From assembly GCA_963729625.1 (NCBI GenBank), contig CAVSOU010000017.1, positions 96,001 to 160,000 of the forward strand: a stretch of DNA of 64,000 bases, written 5' to 3'. Shown here in pieces: positions 29,763 through 40,151 of this stretch. Position 1 is the stretch's first letter. Each line of letters starts with the position of its first letter. Made by a program: the position numbers and the translations under genes. The DNA is from an uncultured bacterium (GTDB lineage: Bacteria; Chloroflexota; UBA5177; JANWHV01). The notes under the pieces were generated by a model. That model was not told where the DNA came from, did no database searches, and saw only the letters and a program-made list of their open reading frames with translations.

Positions 29763-30278
29763 TCATGAACCGGCGATGAGCCGTTTGATTGTGGCCATTG
29801 GCAGGAAGAGCCGGTCTGGGTCGTCCACGAAGGCGGTGAAGCCGAATTGCTCGTACCACTGCCGAGCACGCTCATGTTTCGCCTCCACCACGACCGCCAC
29901 CGCAGCGACTTGATCGGTGGCCAACAGGCTCCGCTCCAGCGCGTTCATCAGCAGGCGCGTGCCCAGACCGCGGCCCGCGAAGCGCGTATCCACTGCGAGG
30001 CGTCCAATGAGCGCTGCCGGCAACCGGTCATAGCGCGGCTGCTTGCGAGCGAACGCTTCGGGCAGCTCGGCAGGCGCAATGGAATACATACTCAAGGTAA
30101 AGAACCCGGCGATCATCCCTTTCGTTGTCTCGTGCAGGATGAACACCGCTGCCACCTTGCGGCGCTGTTCTTGGCCGGCGCGCTGTTGTAGATAGGCGTC
30201 GAGCGCCGATTCGCCGCACGAGAAATCCGCTCGAGTATGACGGGCATCAAGCGGCTCAATGACAAAGTGATCTGTCAC
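29763..30278 (-). CDS. GNAT family toxin (TacT/AtaT-like)
   Basis: FSCGESALD.YL, LPAALIGRLAVD..FAGRGLG..LL..AL, A..WYEQFGF. Confidence 0.92.
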   Translation of the reverse strand: MTDHFVIEPLDARHTRADFSCGESALDAYLQQRAGQEQRRKVAAVFILHETTKGMIAGFFTLSMYSIAPAELPEAFARKQPRYDRLPAALIGRLAVDTRFAGRGLGTRLLMNALERSLLATDQVAAVAVVVEAKHERARQWYEQFGFTAFVDDPDRLFLPMATIKRLIAGS

Positions 30279-30593
30279 CTACACCTGGCCGTCCCGTGAC
30301 TCCTCGTAGTCGCTCCACGCAGCGCGGAGTCGCGCGTTCGGCTCAGGCGGATTGAGCAACGCATCGACGAATCGCACGCTATCGCGTACGGAGAGCGCGA
30401 TGACCTGGTGCCTCTGGATTGCTTGCTCTGCCGCGGGCTGCACGTGAGTCAGCACATATTCGGAGACGGAGCGTCCCTCGAGTGCTGCTGCCCGATCGAT
30501 CAGCGCTTTCTGCGCTACACTGGCCCGGATGTCCAGGCGCGTGCGCTTTCGCTCCTCAGCGAGCCCACGCCGTGTCCCTTGCGCACGTACCAT
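30279..30593 (-). CDS. DUF1778 antitoxin (TacA/AtaR-like)
   Basis: RLDIRAS..QKALIDRAAALEGRSVSEYV, F.DALLNPPEPNARL. Confidence 0.9.
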   Translation of the reverse strand: MVRAQGTRRGLAEERKRTRLDIRASVAQKALIDRAAALEGRSVSEYVLTHVQPAAEQAIQRHQVIALSVRDSVRFVDALLNPPEPNARLRAAWSDYEESRDGQV

Positions 30594-30617
30594 GAAACTG
30601 AACCCCCTTGACGAATA

Positions 30618-30640
30618 GTGTACACCATTCTGGTGTACAC
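30618..30640. promoter_or_regulatory. Palindromic operator upstream of the DUF1778-GNAT pair
   Basis: GTGTACACCA-TTC-TGGTGTACAC perfect inverted repeat 25 nt upstream of the antitoxin ATG. Confidence 0.7.
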
Positions 30641-30773
30641 CACAACGATGCTCCGTGCCATGTGCATGTCGCCAGGGGTTCTGTGGGAACGGCAAATTCT
30701 CGGATACGACGGAACGCCGGTCCGGGCGCGCTCGCCGGCACGACGCCGGTGTCGAAAGGAGCTAGCCGTTGAC

Positions 30774-31844
30774 TCACGCGACGGGCATCGTCCAGCCGAA
30801 GGGGTCTAGAGTACGGCCGTACTGAATGCCGGTGATAGCATCGTACAGTCGATGCGTCAGGTCGCCGATGCGGCGATCGTTGATCACGATGCTCTCGCCC
30901 TTGTAGCACAGCTCGCCAACCGGTGAGATCACCGCCGCCGTGCCTGTACCCCACATCTCGACCAATCGCCCAGCGTGAGCAGCGTCGTAGACCTCGTCGA
31001 TACCGATCTGCCGCTCGGACACGGCGATACCCCAGTCTCGCAAGAGGGTCAGCGCGGAATCACGGGTCACGCCGGGGAGAATCGTGCCGCTCAGGGGCGG
31101 CGTGATCACCTCGTCGCCGATACGCACCATGATGTTCATGGTGCCGACCTCGTCGATGTAGCGGCGGTGCACGCCGTCGAGCCACAGCACCTGCGAGAAG
31201 CCGGCACGATGCGCTTCCTCGCCGGCCAGCAGGCTGGCGGCGTAGTTCCCGGCTGTCTTGGCGGCTCCCGTCCCGCCTTCCACGGCGCGGACGTATTGGT
31301 CCGCGACGAGGATGCGCACAGGGTTCATGCCCTCGGCGTAGTAGGCGCCGACAGGGGAAAGAATGATGTAGAGCAGGTACGTCCTGGCGGGCCGGACGCC
31401 CAAGAATGGCTCGGTGGCAATGATCACGGGACGGATATAGAGGGACGTGCCGAACGCGCTCGGCACCCAGTCGCGCTCAAGGTCCACCAGCGCCAGCAGG
31501 GTCTCCAGCACGCGTTCGGTGTCGATTGCAGGAATGCAGAGGCGAGCAGCGGAGGACTGCAGCCGATCGAGGTGCTTGCGCGGGCGGAAGAGGCGGATCA
31601 CGCCGTCGACGCCGCGGAACGCTTTGGCGCCGTCGAAGATAGCCTGCGCATAGTGCAGCACGCACGCGGCAGGATCCAGACTGAGAGGGCCGTACGGCAC
31701 GATGGCCGCGGCGGCCCAGCCGTGCGCATCGTCGTATGTCATCGTTGCCATGTGGTCGGTGAAGACGGTGCCGAACTGAAGCGTGCTGTCTTCCGGCTTC
31801 GCTTTCGGCGCGGCAGTTCGCGTCACGTCGATTGTCGTCTGCAT
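30774..31844 (-). CDS. ilvE: Branched-chain amino acid aminotransferase
   Basis: FTDHM, LHYAQAIFDGAKA, LYIRP, AKTAGNY (PLP Lys), EVGTMN, ILPGVTR, GTAAVISP. Confidence 0.95.
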   Translation of the reverse strand: MQTTIDVTRTAAPKAKPEDSTLQFGTVFTDHMATMTYDDAHGWAAAAIVPYGPLSLDPAACVLHYAQAIFDGAKAFRGVDGVIRLFRPRKHLDRLQSSAARLCIPAIDTERVLETLLALVDLERDWVPSAFGTSLYIRPVIIATEPFLGVRPARTYLLYIILSPVGAYYAEGMNPVRILVADQYVRAVEGGTGAAKTAGNYAASLLAGEEAHRAGFSQVLWLDGVHRRYIDEVGTMNIMVRIGDEVITPPLSGTILPGVTRDSALTLLRDWGIAVSERQIGIDEVYDAAHAGRLVEMWGTGTAAVISPVGELCYKGESIVINDRRIGDLTHRLYDAITGIQYGRTLDPFGWTMPVA

Positions 31845-32100
31845 AGCAAGTCCTTTCAAGGCAGGTGCACGAGATGATTACGGCTCATCCAGGCAGTGTA
31901 CCACCGCGAACGCGGGCCAATCACGGGCAGGCACGACACACCTCTACGTCGAGCCGACGTGCCACGGAACGTGCTACGATTGCTCGCGGTGCGGATGTGA
32001 CCATGTGCCCTACAGAGCACAATTGATGACCGTAGCTCGTATATCCGATACTTGACGTGTATTCTCACCCGTTCCCGACCTGGGACATAGTGGAGGGACA

Positions 32101-33111
32101 ATGAATTCCTACGAGCGCGTGATGCATCGGTTGCACGGCGAGCCCGTCGACCGCGCGCCAAACTTCAACATTTTCATGAGCTTTGCCGCCCACCACATTG
32201 GCCAGCCTCTGTCACGGTTCTATCTGGACTACCACGTGCTCTGCGAAGCGAACCTGGCCGTGCTGAAGGACTTCTCTCTGGACATTGTCAGCACGATGTC
32301 CGACGCCTACCGCGAGACGGCAGACTGGGGCGCGGCGATCGAGTTCCCGAAGGACGAGCTACCCAAGAGCAAGGTGCCGCTTCTGCAGGACCTCGCCGAC
32401 ATACATCGGCTGACATCGCCCAATCCAGTCGCCGGGCGGCGTATGAGCGACCGGGTGCATGCCGTACGGCACTACCGTGAGCAGGTTGGCGGCGAGGTGC
32501 CGATCATGGGCTGGGTAGAGGGCGCACTGGCCGAGACGGCCGACCTGCGCGGCGTTTCCACGCTGATGACGGATCTCTACGATAGCCCTGAGCAGGTGGA
32601 GGAGGTGCTGGAACGCTGCACCGAGAACGCCATCGACTTCGCGCGCGTCCAGGTGGAGGCCGGCGCGGACATAATCGGGCTGGGCGATGCCGTGGCATCG
32701 CAGGTCTCGCCCAAGATGTACCGGCGCTTCGCCCTGCCATACGAACAGCGCATCTTCGCCGCGGTCCGCTCAATGGGCGCCCTGACGCGGCTGCACATCT
32801 GCGGCAACATCAGCAAGATCCTGCCTCTCGTGGCGCAGACCGGCGCCGACATTATCGACGTGGACTGGATGGTCGATCTGGCGGCCGCACGCGAGATCTG
32901 CGGCCCAGCGGCGGTGTGCGGCAACCAGGATCCGGTAGCCGTCATGCTGCAAGGGACGCCGGAGACGGTGCGGCAAGCGGTGACGCACGCCCTGGACCTC
33001 GGCGGCCCGCGCTGTTTCAGCATGGCCGGCTGCGAGATACCCGTGGGCACGCCGCACGCGAATCTCCTCGCGCATGCCCAGGCGCTACGGGAGTATGGCT
33101 TTCGAGGGTAG
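32101..33111 (+). CDS. Uroporphyrinogen decarboxylase / MtaA-CmuA family protein
   Basis: AQVEAGAD-like segment, LHICGN, GNQDP, GCEIP.GTP..N. Confidence 0.85.
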   Translation: MNSYERVMHRLHGEPVDRAPNFNIFMSFAAHHIGQPLSRFYLDYHVLCEANLAVLKDFSLDIVSTMSDAYRETADWGAAIEFPKDELPKSKVPLLQDLADIHRLTSPNPVAGRRMSDRVHAVRHYREQVGGEVPIMGWVEGALAETADLRGVSTLMTDLYDSPEQVEEVLERCTENAIDFARVQVEAGADIIGLGDAVASQVSPKMYRRFALPYEQRIFAAVRSMGALTRLHICGNISKILPLVAQTGADIIDVDWMVDLAAAREICGPAAVCGNQDPVAVMLQGTPETVRQAVTHALDLGGPRCFSMAGCEIPVGTPHANLLAHAQALREYGFRG

Positions 33112-33157
33112 GTAGATCGAGAACCGCGATCTCCTTCCCTCACTGATTGTCTCACGA

Positions 33158-34114
33158 TCAGTGCCACAGGAATCCGTGACTAACGCTTTTGCTATCGCCG
33201 TACGTTCCGACAATATCCCCTTGAGTGTTGATGCTCCAGGCCATGGTGCCCGAAGGCGACTCTTCACCGGGACCGGGCACTGTGGCCGCCTTGGGATGGT
33301 CGAGAATGGTGTACTGACCTTGGTGCAGCAGGAACCCATGCCACACCAGATTGCTATCGAGGTACGTCCCCGTGATATCCCCTTGTTCGTTGATGCCGGC
33401 GGCAACGGTACCCACGCCGCCCGTGCCGCTGGGGCTTGCCGCCTGGGGCGCGTCCAGGGTGGTGTACCGGCCTTGGCGTCGCAAGAACCCGTGACGTGCT
33501 CCCGTGCTGTCGACGTAGGAGCCGACGATGTCCCCCTGCGCGTTGATGCCATTGGGATACGTGCCCATCCAGGCGCTCGTGGTCCCTGCCTTGGCATGAT
33601 CCAGCGTGGTGTACCGGCCCTGGTGCAGCAGGAACCCGTGGCTCACACCCTTGCTGTCGAACCACTGTCCTGCGATGTCTCCCTGGGCGTTGATACCGTT
33701 GGCAAAGGTGTTGCCCTTGGCTCCCGCCTTCGGATCGTGGAGGGTCGAGTACCGGCCTTGATGCCGGAGGAACCCATAGGTCCCCGTGGCGTCGGAGTAG
33801 TTCCCGACGATATCCTCCTGCGCGTTGATACCAAACACCTGGGTACGTTGCGACCGGGGATAGTCGACCTTCGTGTACCGGCCCTGATGCAGCAGGAACC
33901 CGTGGCTGACGCCCTTGCTATCGACGTAGGAGCCCACGATATCTCCGTGCTGGTTGATGCCGGAGGTAGCCGTTCCCTGACCAGGCCCGGTCCCTCCCTG
34001 GGGAGCATCGAGGGTGGTGAACTGGCGCTCGCTCGCCTGGACCGTCCCTCGTCCCATTCCTGCTGTCAGGCCCACGACGAAGGCAACAGCGATCAACGCG
34101 TGTAGGACTTTCAT
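33158..34114 (-). CDS. Secreted beta-propeller repeat protein (HAF-repeat-like)
   Basis: Signal peptide MKVLHALIAVAFVVG; six repeats of T.A.GIN.QGDIVG.Y.DS.G..HGFL. Confidence 0.85.
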   Translation of the reverse strand: MKVLHALIAVAFVVGLTAGMGRGTVQASERQFTTLDAPQGGTGPGQGTATSGINQHGDIVGSYVDSKGVSHGFLLHQGRYTKVDYPRSQRTQVFGINAQEDIVGNYSDATGTYGFLRHQGRYSTLHDPKAGAKGNTFANGINAQGDIAGQWFDSKGVSHGFLLHQGRYTTLDHAKAGTTSAWMGTYPNGINAQGDIVGSYVDSTGARHGFLRRQGRYTTLDAPQAASPSGTGGVGTVAAGINEQGDITGTYLDSNLVWHGFLLHQGQYTILDHPKAATVPGPGEESPSGTMAWSINTQGDIVGTYGDSKSVSHGFLWH

Positions 34115-34451
34115 GCTTGTCTCCTTTATCTCCATCTCGGGTGGCTTCTTCAAGCTCCCGACGGAGGCGCGGCAGCCTGACCATCGCTTGTCGCGTGCCG
34201 GCCATGTGTCGATCCGCAGGACCATAGTAGGGTCGTTCGCGCTGTCAGTTACAGCACAAACGCTGCCAAACACTCTCTATGCGCCGACTCCCGCACTTCT
34301 AGTCACCTCAAATCAGCGTGACCGCGACGCTTGACGCGCCGCAACCACGGGACCATAATGGCCCCGTACGGCAGGAGGCTGGGTCTCCAGTCGGGTACGA
34401 CGCGATCTTCGTTGAAGCCGCGGGCCGATCCGGACCCGGGAACGAGGGGTT

Positions 34452-36164
34452 GTGGTCATGTACAACCCGGCTTCACACCACTACCTGCGCGGCATGATGG
34501 CGGCCTTGGCGTTGGTCTTCATGCTGCCGGGCGCCGGTAACCCGAGCCGAACGGCCGAAGCCCGCCCGACAAGCGCTCCCAGTGCCTCGGTGTTCTACCC
34601 GATCACAAAGACCGCGTACGACGCCTGGACCACATCCACAAGCAACTCTCAGCCGGCGAAAGCCACCAGCTTTTCAGCCCGGACCACCGTCGTATGCTTC
34701 TACGCCGAATACCATGGCGCCAAGGCTAACGGCACCTCCCTGATCCTGGTCGTCAAGAATTCGGCCGGCGTCACAGTGGTTTCGGACGGACCATTCCGGC
34801 TGAAGCACGCGGAAGGCCTGCTCGGCATACAGATGAACGGCCCCGGAGGCATGTATCCCAATGGCAGCTACGGCGCGGATCTCACGCTCGACGGCAGAGT
34901 TGCCGCTCACACCTCCTTCGTCGTGGGCGCCAAGCCCACGGCCGTCAGCAGGCTCTTCTACCCGGCCACCAGGGAAGCGTACGATGCCTGGGTCGCCTGA
35001 GGCGGCAAAACACCGCCGCCCAAGACCACGTCATTCCTGACCGGCAGCTCATCTATCGCTTTCTACTTCGAATACAGCCAGGCAACGCCAGGCGTGACCG
35101 CGTTTCAGATCATCGTGCGACATATCCTGGACGGTCAGGTGGCGAGCTTCGGTCCCAGCGTGGTTCGCTACGCAAACGGCATGTCGATGCGCATGGTGAC
35201 CCTGGGCAATGGGCGCGCGTTCATAACAGGTACGTACGCGGCCGACCTCCTGTTCAATGGGCGCGTGCAGCAACACGCCACTTTCCTGGTCGGCCATGGC
35301 CGCGTCGTGCGCACGCCGACAGTAACGCATAGTCCGACCGCTACCAGAATGACCACGGCAACGCGCACCGAAACGGCGACCGATACTCCGACGGCAAGTC
35401 CCACCGAGACTGCGACTCGCACCCCGTCGGCGACCGAAACCGAGACGCCGACCAAGACCATCACGCCGGAACCATATGCCGTCTTCCTGCTCACCAACGT
35501 GAGCGGTGGCTCGATCTGGGTTGGTCAGGAGTCGCAGCTCGGTCATCTGCACACCTGTGACTTCAGAGGCGGCGGCCTCTGCGCGGAGGACGGCGGCGCG
35601 GACATAGCGGTGACATTCGAGAAGAAGACACCGGACTACCCGACACATGCCGCCGCGATGGACGCCTATTGCCGTGCGCTCGGGATGACCTGGCCCGTAC
35701 AGCTTACCGGGGGCACGAAGGGGCGCATCTTCGGCGCCGATTACTGGATCGACAACGTAGATGGGTCGTGCCCTGTCATCGGCACTCCCACGCCGACTCC
35801 GCCGCCGCCAAAGTACGCTGTCTTCTTGCTTACCAACGTCAGTGGCGGCTCGATCTGGGTAGGCAACGAGTGGGATCTCAAGAAGATGGTCACCTGTCAA
35901 TTTGCCGGCGGCGGCCTGTGTCACGGCGGCGGCAAGGACGCACGCGTGACGTACGTGAAGAAGTCGAGCGACTTCGCGACGATGGCTGGGGCCAAGGCCG
36001 TCCACTTCTTCCAGGGCGAGGGAGGTTTCAACCGGGAGAAATTCAATCTCGATACCTGCTGGTCGATCGTAGCGGGGCAGTCCGCCATCGAGCACCTCGA
36101 CCGCGCCTGGCTGCCGTCGTTCGTGCCTTCGCCGATGTCGGCCTGCTACTACCTGGCAAAGTAG
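34452..36164 (+). pseudogene. Secreted modular protein interrupted by an in-frame TGA (34998-35000)
   Basis: ORFs 34452-35000 and 35094-36164 are in the same frame; the sequence across the stop (AYDAWVA*GGKTPPPKTTSF...FYFEY) aligns with repeat 1 (AYDAWTT...PAKATSF...FYAEY); Thr/Pro linker and duplicated Cys domain follow. Confidence 0.75.
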
Positions 36165-36472
36165 ACGGCGCTCTGGGACCGGTCACTTGATCCTCATGGC
36201 CTGCGGGCCGCCACTGCGGATGAAGACGGTCCGAGGACCAGCCGGCCGCAGCCGGATTCGCTCCTACCTTCCGCAACTGCAGAACGCGCTCCCAAAGACT
36301 TCCACCGGACCCGACGGCGCTGACGCGCGAGCTGACAGCGCGCGGCCAATGGGGCGTTGACAACTCCTTAACGTGCTGGCGGCTATATTGATGGTCTGCG
36401 CACCTTCGGCCTGACGCACTGTTCGCTATGCGGGCCGAGCGTACTGCATCGACCGCGGCGTGAGGTCCAATC

Positions 36473-36784
36473 GTGGCACGGCCAGACCGGCCCAGGATAA
36501 GCGAGAAGCCCACCGAACAACCGGCGCCACTGCCCGGAGTACGCCTCACGCGTGGCGAGATTGGCGTTCTGCGCATGATTGCGGCCGGCCAATCGGAAGG
36601 CGAAATTGCTGACGACGTGGGCGTCTCCGAGAAGGTCGTCGCCAGCTGTCGCGAAAGGCTCTTCCTGAAGACCGGGGCGACGAATCGTGCCCAGCTACTA
36701 CAGTATGCGAGGTCATCCGGGCTCATATCGGTCAAGGGCGAGCGCGTGGCGGGCTCCAAACGCGACGGCGGCGATACAGCCTGA
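36473..36784 (+). CDS. Stand-alone LuxR-type HTH protein
   Basis: LTRGEIGVLRMIAAGQSEGEIA..VGVSEK.V......LF.K.G.TNRAQL. Confidence 0.75.
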   Translation: MARPDRPRISEKPTEQPAPLPGVRLTRGEIGVLRMIAAGQSEGEIADDVGVSEKVVASCRERLFLKTGATNRAQLLQYARSSGLISVKGERVAGSKRDGGDTA

Positions 36785-36811
36785 GCCGTATTCTGTCGTC
36801 GAGGGTTTACG

Positions 36812-37924
36812 TCACCCGATCTCAGTGGTGACGAGATCGCCACCGGGCTTCCGAGCGTGGCTCATTGCGTCGGCTACGACACGCTCCTGGTAACGGTCAA
36901 GCACCTCCAGGCAACCCGCGAGGGTGTAGTGTTCGTGCAGTTGCCGGCGCAGCTCGGCGCCGCCGTGCAGTCCCGAAAGGTAGCCGGCCAGGTGCCGTCG
37001 CACCGCGCAGATGCCGGCGCGCTCGTTGCGCACGCCGACGGCCAGCGTGAAATGGCGGCGGCAGGCGTCCAGCCGCTCCTCCACGGTGGGAAGCCGGACG
37101 GGACGGCCGGCCAGCACGTCATGTGCCTCGCGGAATATCCACGGGTTGCCTATGGCGCCGCGTGCCACCATGGCACCCGCGCAGCCCGTCTCGGCGAAGG
37201 CACGTGCCACATCCTCGGCGCACATGATGCCTCCGTTCACCACGACGGGCACGCGCGCCAGCCCACGAGCGAGGGCGGCCCACGACCAGTCGGCGACGCC
37301 CTCATGCCGTTGCACGGCGGTGCGGCAGTGCAGAGTGATCCCAGCCACGCCCGCGTCTTCCAGGCGCCGAACCAGCTCGGGCACCGGTTTCTCCTGGTCG
37401 CTCCAGCCGATCCGCGTCTTCACCGTGACCGGGAGGCTGCCTGCCTCGCGCACCGCCCGAGCCACCGCTCGCACCATGTCCTGCATGGCGTCGAGATCGC
37501 GCAGCCACCCTGCCCCGGCGCCGCGGCGGGCAATCTTGGGCACCCAGCAACCGCAGTTTATGTCAATTACTAGCGGATCGGATGCGGCGACAAGACTGGC
37601 GGCTTCGACCAGCTTTTCAGGGTCGGAGCCGTAGATCTGGATGCCCACCGGCCAGTCTCCCGGGCCAAGCTCCAGCTTGCGCCGGTTCCTCCGGTCACCC
37701 CTGAGCAGGCCATCCACATTGACGAACTCGGTATAGCAGACGTCGGCGCCCTGCTCGCGGCAGATTGCACGGAATATCGGATCGCTGACGTCCTCCATGG
37801 GAGCCAGCATCACCGGGCGTGAGGCCATGATCGCCGCGAACTCCGCAAAGCCGTCGCGGAGGGCTGGTCGCAGGCCGGTTTGGCGGGCTGTCTGTTGTGT
37901 GATGTCTATGCCGGATGCCATCAC
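36812..37924 (-). CDS. dusB: tRNA-dihydrouridine synthase (DusB-like)
   Basis: LAPMEDVSD, YTEFV, IDINCGC, TVKTRIGW, LHCRT, NGGI, RGAIGNPW. Confidence 0.9.
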   Translation of the reverse strand: MMASGIDITQQTARQTGLRPALRDGFAEFAAIMASRPVMLAPMEDVSDPIFRAICREQGADVCYTEFVNVDGLLRGDRRNRRKLELGPGDWPVGIQIYGSDPEKLVEAASLVAASDPLVIDINCGCWVPKIARRGAGAGWLRDLDAMQDMVRAVARAVREAGSLPVTVKTRIGWSDQEKPVPELVRRLEDAGVAGITLHCRTAVQRHEGVADWSWAALARGLARVPVVVNGGIMCAEDVARAFAETGCAGAMVARGAIGNPWIFREAHDVLAGRPVRLPTVEERLDACRRHFTLAVGVRNERAGICAVRRHLAGYLSGLHGGAELRRQLHEHYTLAGCLEVLDRYQERVVADAMSHARKPGGDLVTTEIG

Positions 37925-38078
37925 TCGTGCCTTCTGGATACCTCAGGGAACCCTTTGAGTGTAGAGGATCGGGGAGTTGCAATCATGCACTCCCCGCGCG
38001 CAGCCAGCAGCTGCTTGCCTCCCGCTGCCGTCACTCACTATCCTGTGATGCATGGTTTGACCAGGATGGGAGATATCC

Positions 38079-39710
38079 GTGCGCTACGTTTTGGGTCTCG
38101 ATCTTGGCACCTCCAGCTTGAAGGCGGTGCTGGTGGACGAGCGTGGATCCATCGTCGCCAGTGCGACACGCAGCTATGCTATCAGCAGCCCACATGCCGA
38201 TTGGGCCGAGCAGAACCCCGAGCACTGGTTGCAGGCCAGCGATGGGGCGACCGCGGCGCTCTTGCACGAGGCGGGGATCGCCGGCGAGCGTGTCGTCGCC
38301 CTGGCGGTGGGTGGGCAGATGCACGGCACCGTCGTGCTCGACGCCGGCGGCACAGTGCTGCGTCCGGCCATCATCTGGCCGGATAGTCGCACCGTTGCCG
38401 AGGCCCATGACGTGGAGGCAACCCTGGCCGGGCTTGGATTGCCGCGCCGCCTGGGCGGCGGTGTTTCGCCCGGCTTCATGCTCGCTTCCCTGATCTGGTG
38501 CCGGGCGCACGAGCCCGATCTGTGGAAGCGAGTGGCAACGGCGTTATTGCCGAAAGACTACCTCCGATTCCGGCTCACCGGTGTGCTGGCAAGTGACGCC
38601 AGCGACGGCTGCGGAGTGCCGGCGATCGATCTGGCCACAGGAACGTGGTCGGAGGACACCTTTGCCGCTCTGAACCTTCCGATCGGCCTGATGCCGCCTC
38701 TCTTCCACTCCGCCGAGCCTGCCGGCACGCTGACCGCCGATGCGGCGGCGCAGTGCGGACTGTGCCCCGGCACGCCGGTCCTGTGTGGAGGCAGCGATCA
38801 GGCCATGGCCGCTATCGGCTCCGGATTGCTCTATCCGGGCTCGCTCTTAATCAGCGTCTCCACCGGCGGCCAGCTCGTGGCGCCTGTGGCGACGCCCGTC
38901 GTAGTGGTAGAGCAGGGGCTGCGCACGGTGTGCCACGCACTGCCGGAGCGCGCGCACGCCGGCAGCGGCGCCCCGGAATCGTCATCCGCGCTCGGACGGG
39001 TCACCAGTGGCACCGCAAAAAAGTCACACTCGACGGGTGTATTCCGCGGGGGGTACCTCGCCCATTCGGCCACGCTCGGTGCGGGGCTGAGTGCACACTG
39101 GTTGCGAGAAATTCTCTACCAGGATCAGGGAGAAGGAAGAGACCTGCGGTTGGTGGCGGACGCCGCGCAGGCGCCTGCCGGGGCGGGCGGGCTACTGTTT
39201 CTCCCCTATCTGGCCGGTGAGCGGTCGCCGATTCAGGATCCAAAGGCCAGCGGCGCCTTCGTGGGTTTCCGCCTGGATCACCATCGACCACATATGGCCC
39301 GCGCTGTCCTGGAAGGGATCGCTTTCAGCCTGCGCCACGCACTGGAGCCGCTGCGAGGTGCTGGCGTGGACACGACGCCCGCAGGTGTGCTACGCACCCC
39401 GGCGATCCTGGCCGGCGGCCTCGCCCAGAGCACGCTTATGCGCCAGATCCTGGCTGCGGTGCTGGAGACGCCGCTGCGGCCCCTGGCGTCGGCCGAGCAA
39501 TCCGCCCTCGGGGCTGCTTTGCTCGCGGCGGCGCACGCGGGCTTCTTCAGCAGCCTGGACGAAGCCTGCGCGCGTGCCGTGCATTACGAGCCGCTGATCG
39601 AGCCCGACGCCGAGCAGGTACCGCTGTACCGCGAGCTGTACGTCCACTATCGGGAACTGTACCCAGCGCTCAAGGAGACCATGCACGCCCTGGGGACGGC
39701 CCGGCGCTAG
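38079..39710 (+). CDS. xylB: FGGY carbohydrate kinase (xylulokinase-like)
   Basis: GLDLGTSS.K, GQMHG, PKDYLR, FLPYLAGERSP, ARAVLEG. Confidence 0.85.
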   Translation: MRYVLGLDLGTSSLKAVLVDERGSIVASATRSYAISSPHADWAEQNPEHWLQASDGATAALLHEAGIAGERVVALAVGGQMHGTVVLDAGGTVLRPAIIWPDSRTVAEAHDVEATLAGLGLPRRLGGGVSPGFMLASLIWCRAHEPDLWKRVATALLPKDYLRFRLTGVLASDASDGCGVPAIDLATGTWSEDTFAALNLPIGLMPPLFHSAEPAGTLTADAAAQCGLCPGTPVLCGGSDQAMAAIGSGLLYPGSLLISVSTGGQLVAPVATPVVVVEQGLRTVCHALPERAHAGSGAPESSSALGRVTSGTAKKSHSTGVFRGGYLAHSATLGAGLSAHWLREILYQDQGEGRDLRLVADAAQAPAGAGGLLFLPYLAGERSPIQDPKASGAFVGFRLDHHRPHMARAVLEGIAFSLRHALEPLRGAGVDTTPAGVLRTPAILAGGLAQSTLMRQILAAVLETPLRPLASAEQSALGAALLAAAHAGFFSSLDEACARAVHYEPLIEPDAEQVPLYRELYVHYRELYPALKETMHALGTARR

Positions 39711-40151
39711 CCCCGACGGCTGCGGCTCGCGCGTCGTGCCGGTACAGCCCACATTCCGCACCCCGATTCTTGAAATCACGCATTTGGATGTTATGGTCAA
39801 GTGCGCGGTGCTTGCGACGCTCGTTTGCCTGCCGGGCCGTTTCCTTCGCGAGCCTGAAGAGCTACTCGTAGAACATGTGGTCGAATAACAGGTGATTGTC
39901 ACCGGTTTCTGCGCAGCTCGCCAGGTCCGCGACACGCGTGCCCGGGCTACGTGATAGAACACACGATCTAGAATCCAGCCCACATCTGCTTGTGGTACGT
40001 AATTCGCCGGTTTTGGCTTAGGGGGTGCGGAATGTGGGGTACAGGCGATCGGACCGCGGAGTGGTCGGCGCGCCCCATCCCAACCGGGTGGAGCGTGGTA
40101 CCATAAGGACGTATTGCGCAGGTAGAGCGCGACTCTCCGCGTAGTCGGCCG

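Noticed and set aside
33158-34030. Regularly spaced nucleotide repeats (GCAGCAGGAACCCGTG, GTTGATGCC) resembling a CRISPR array
   Set aside because: They are coding repeats of a beta-propeller protein; the spacers are homologous and no cas genes are present.
34998-35040. Selenocysteine recoding at the in-frame UGA
   Set aside because: The aligned position in repeat 1 is Ser/Thr rather than Cys, there is no redox motif, and the hairpin lacks the spacing and loop G of a bacterial SECIS.
39720-40150. 430-bp intergenic region between convergent genes as a possible ncRNA
   Set aside because: No recognisable RNA family features or convincing structure by eye.
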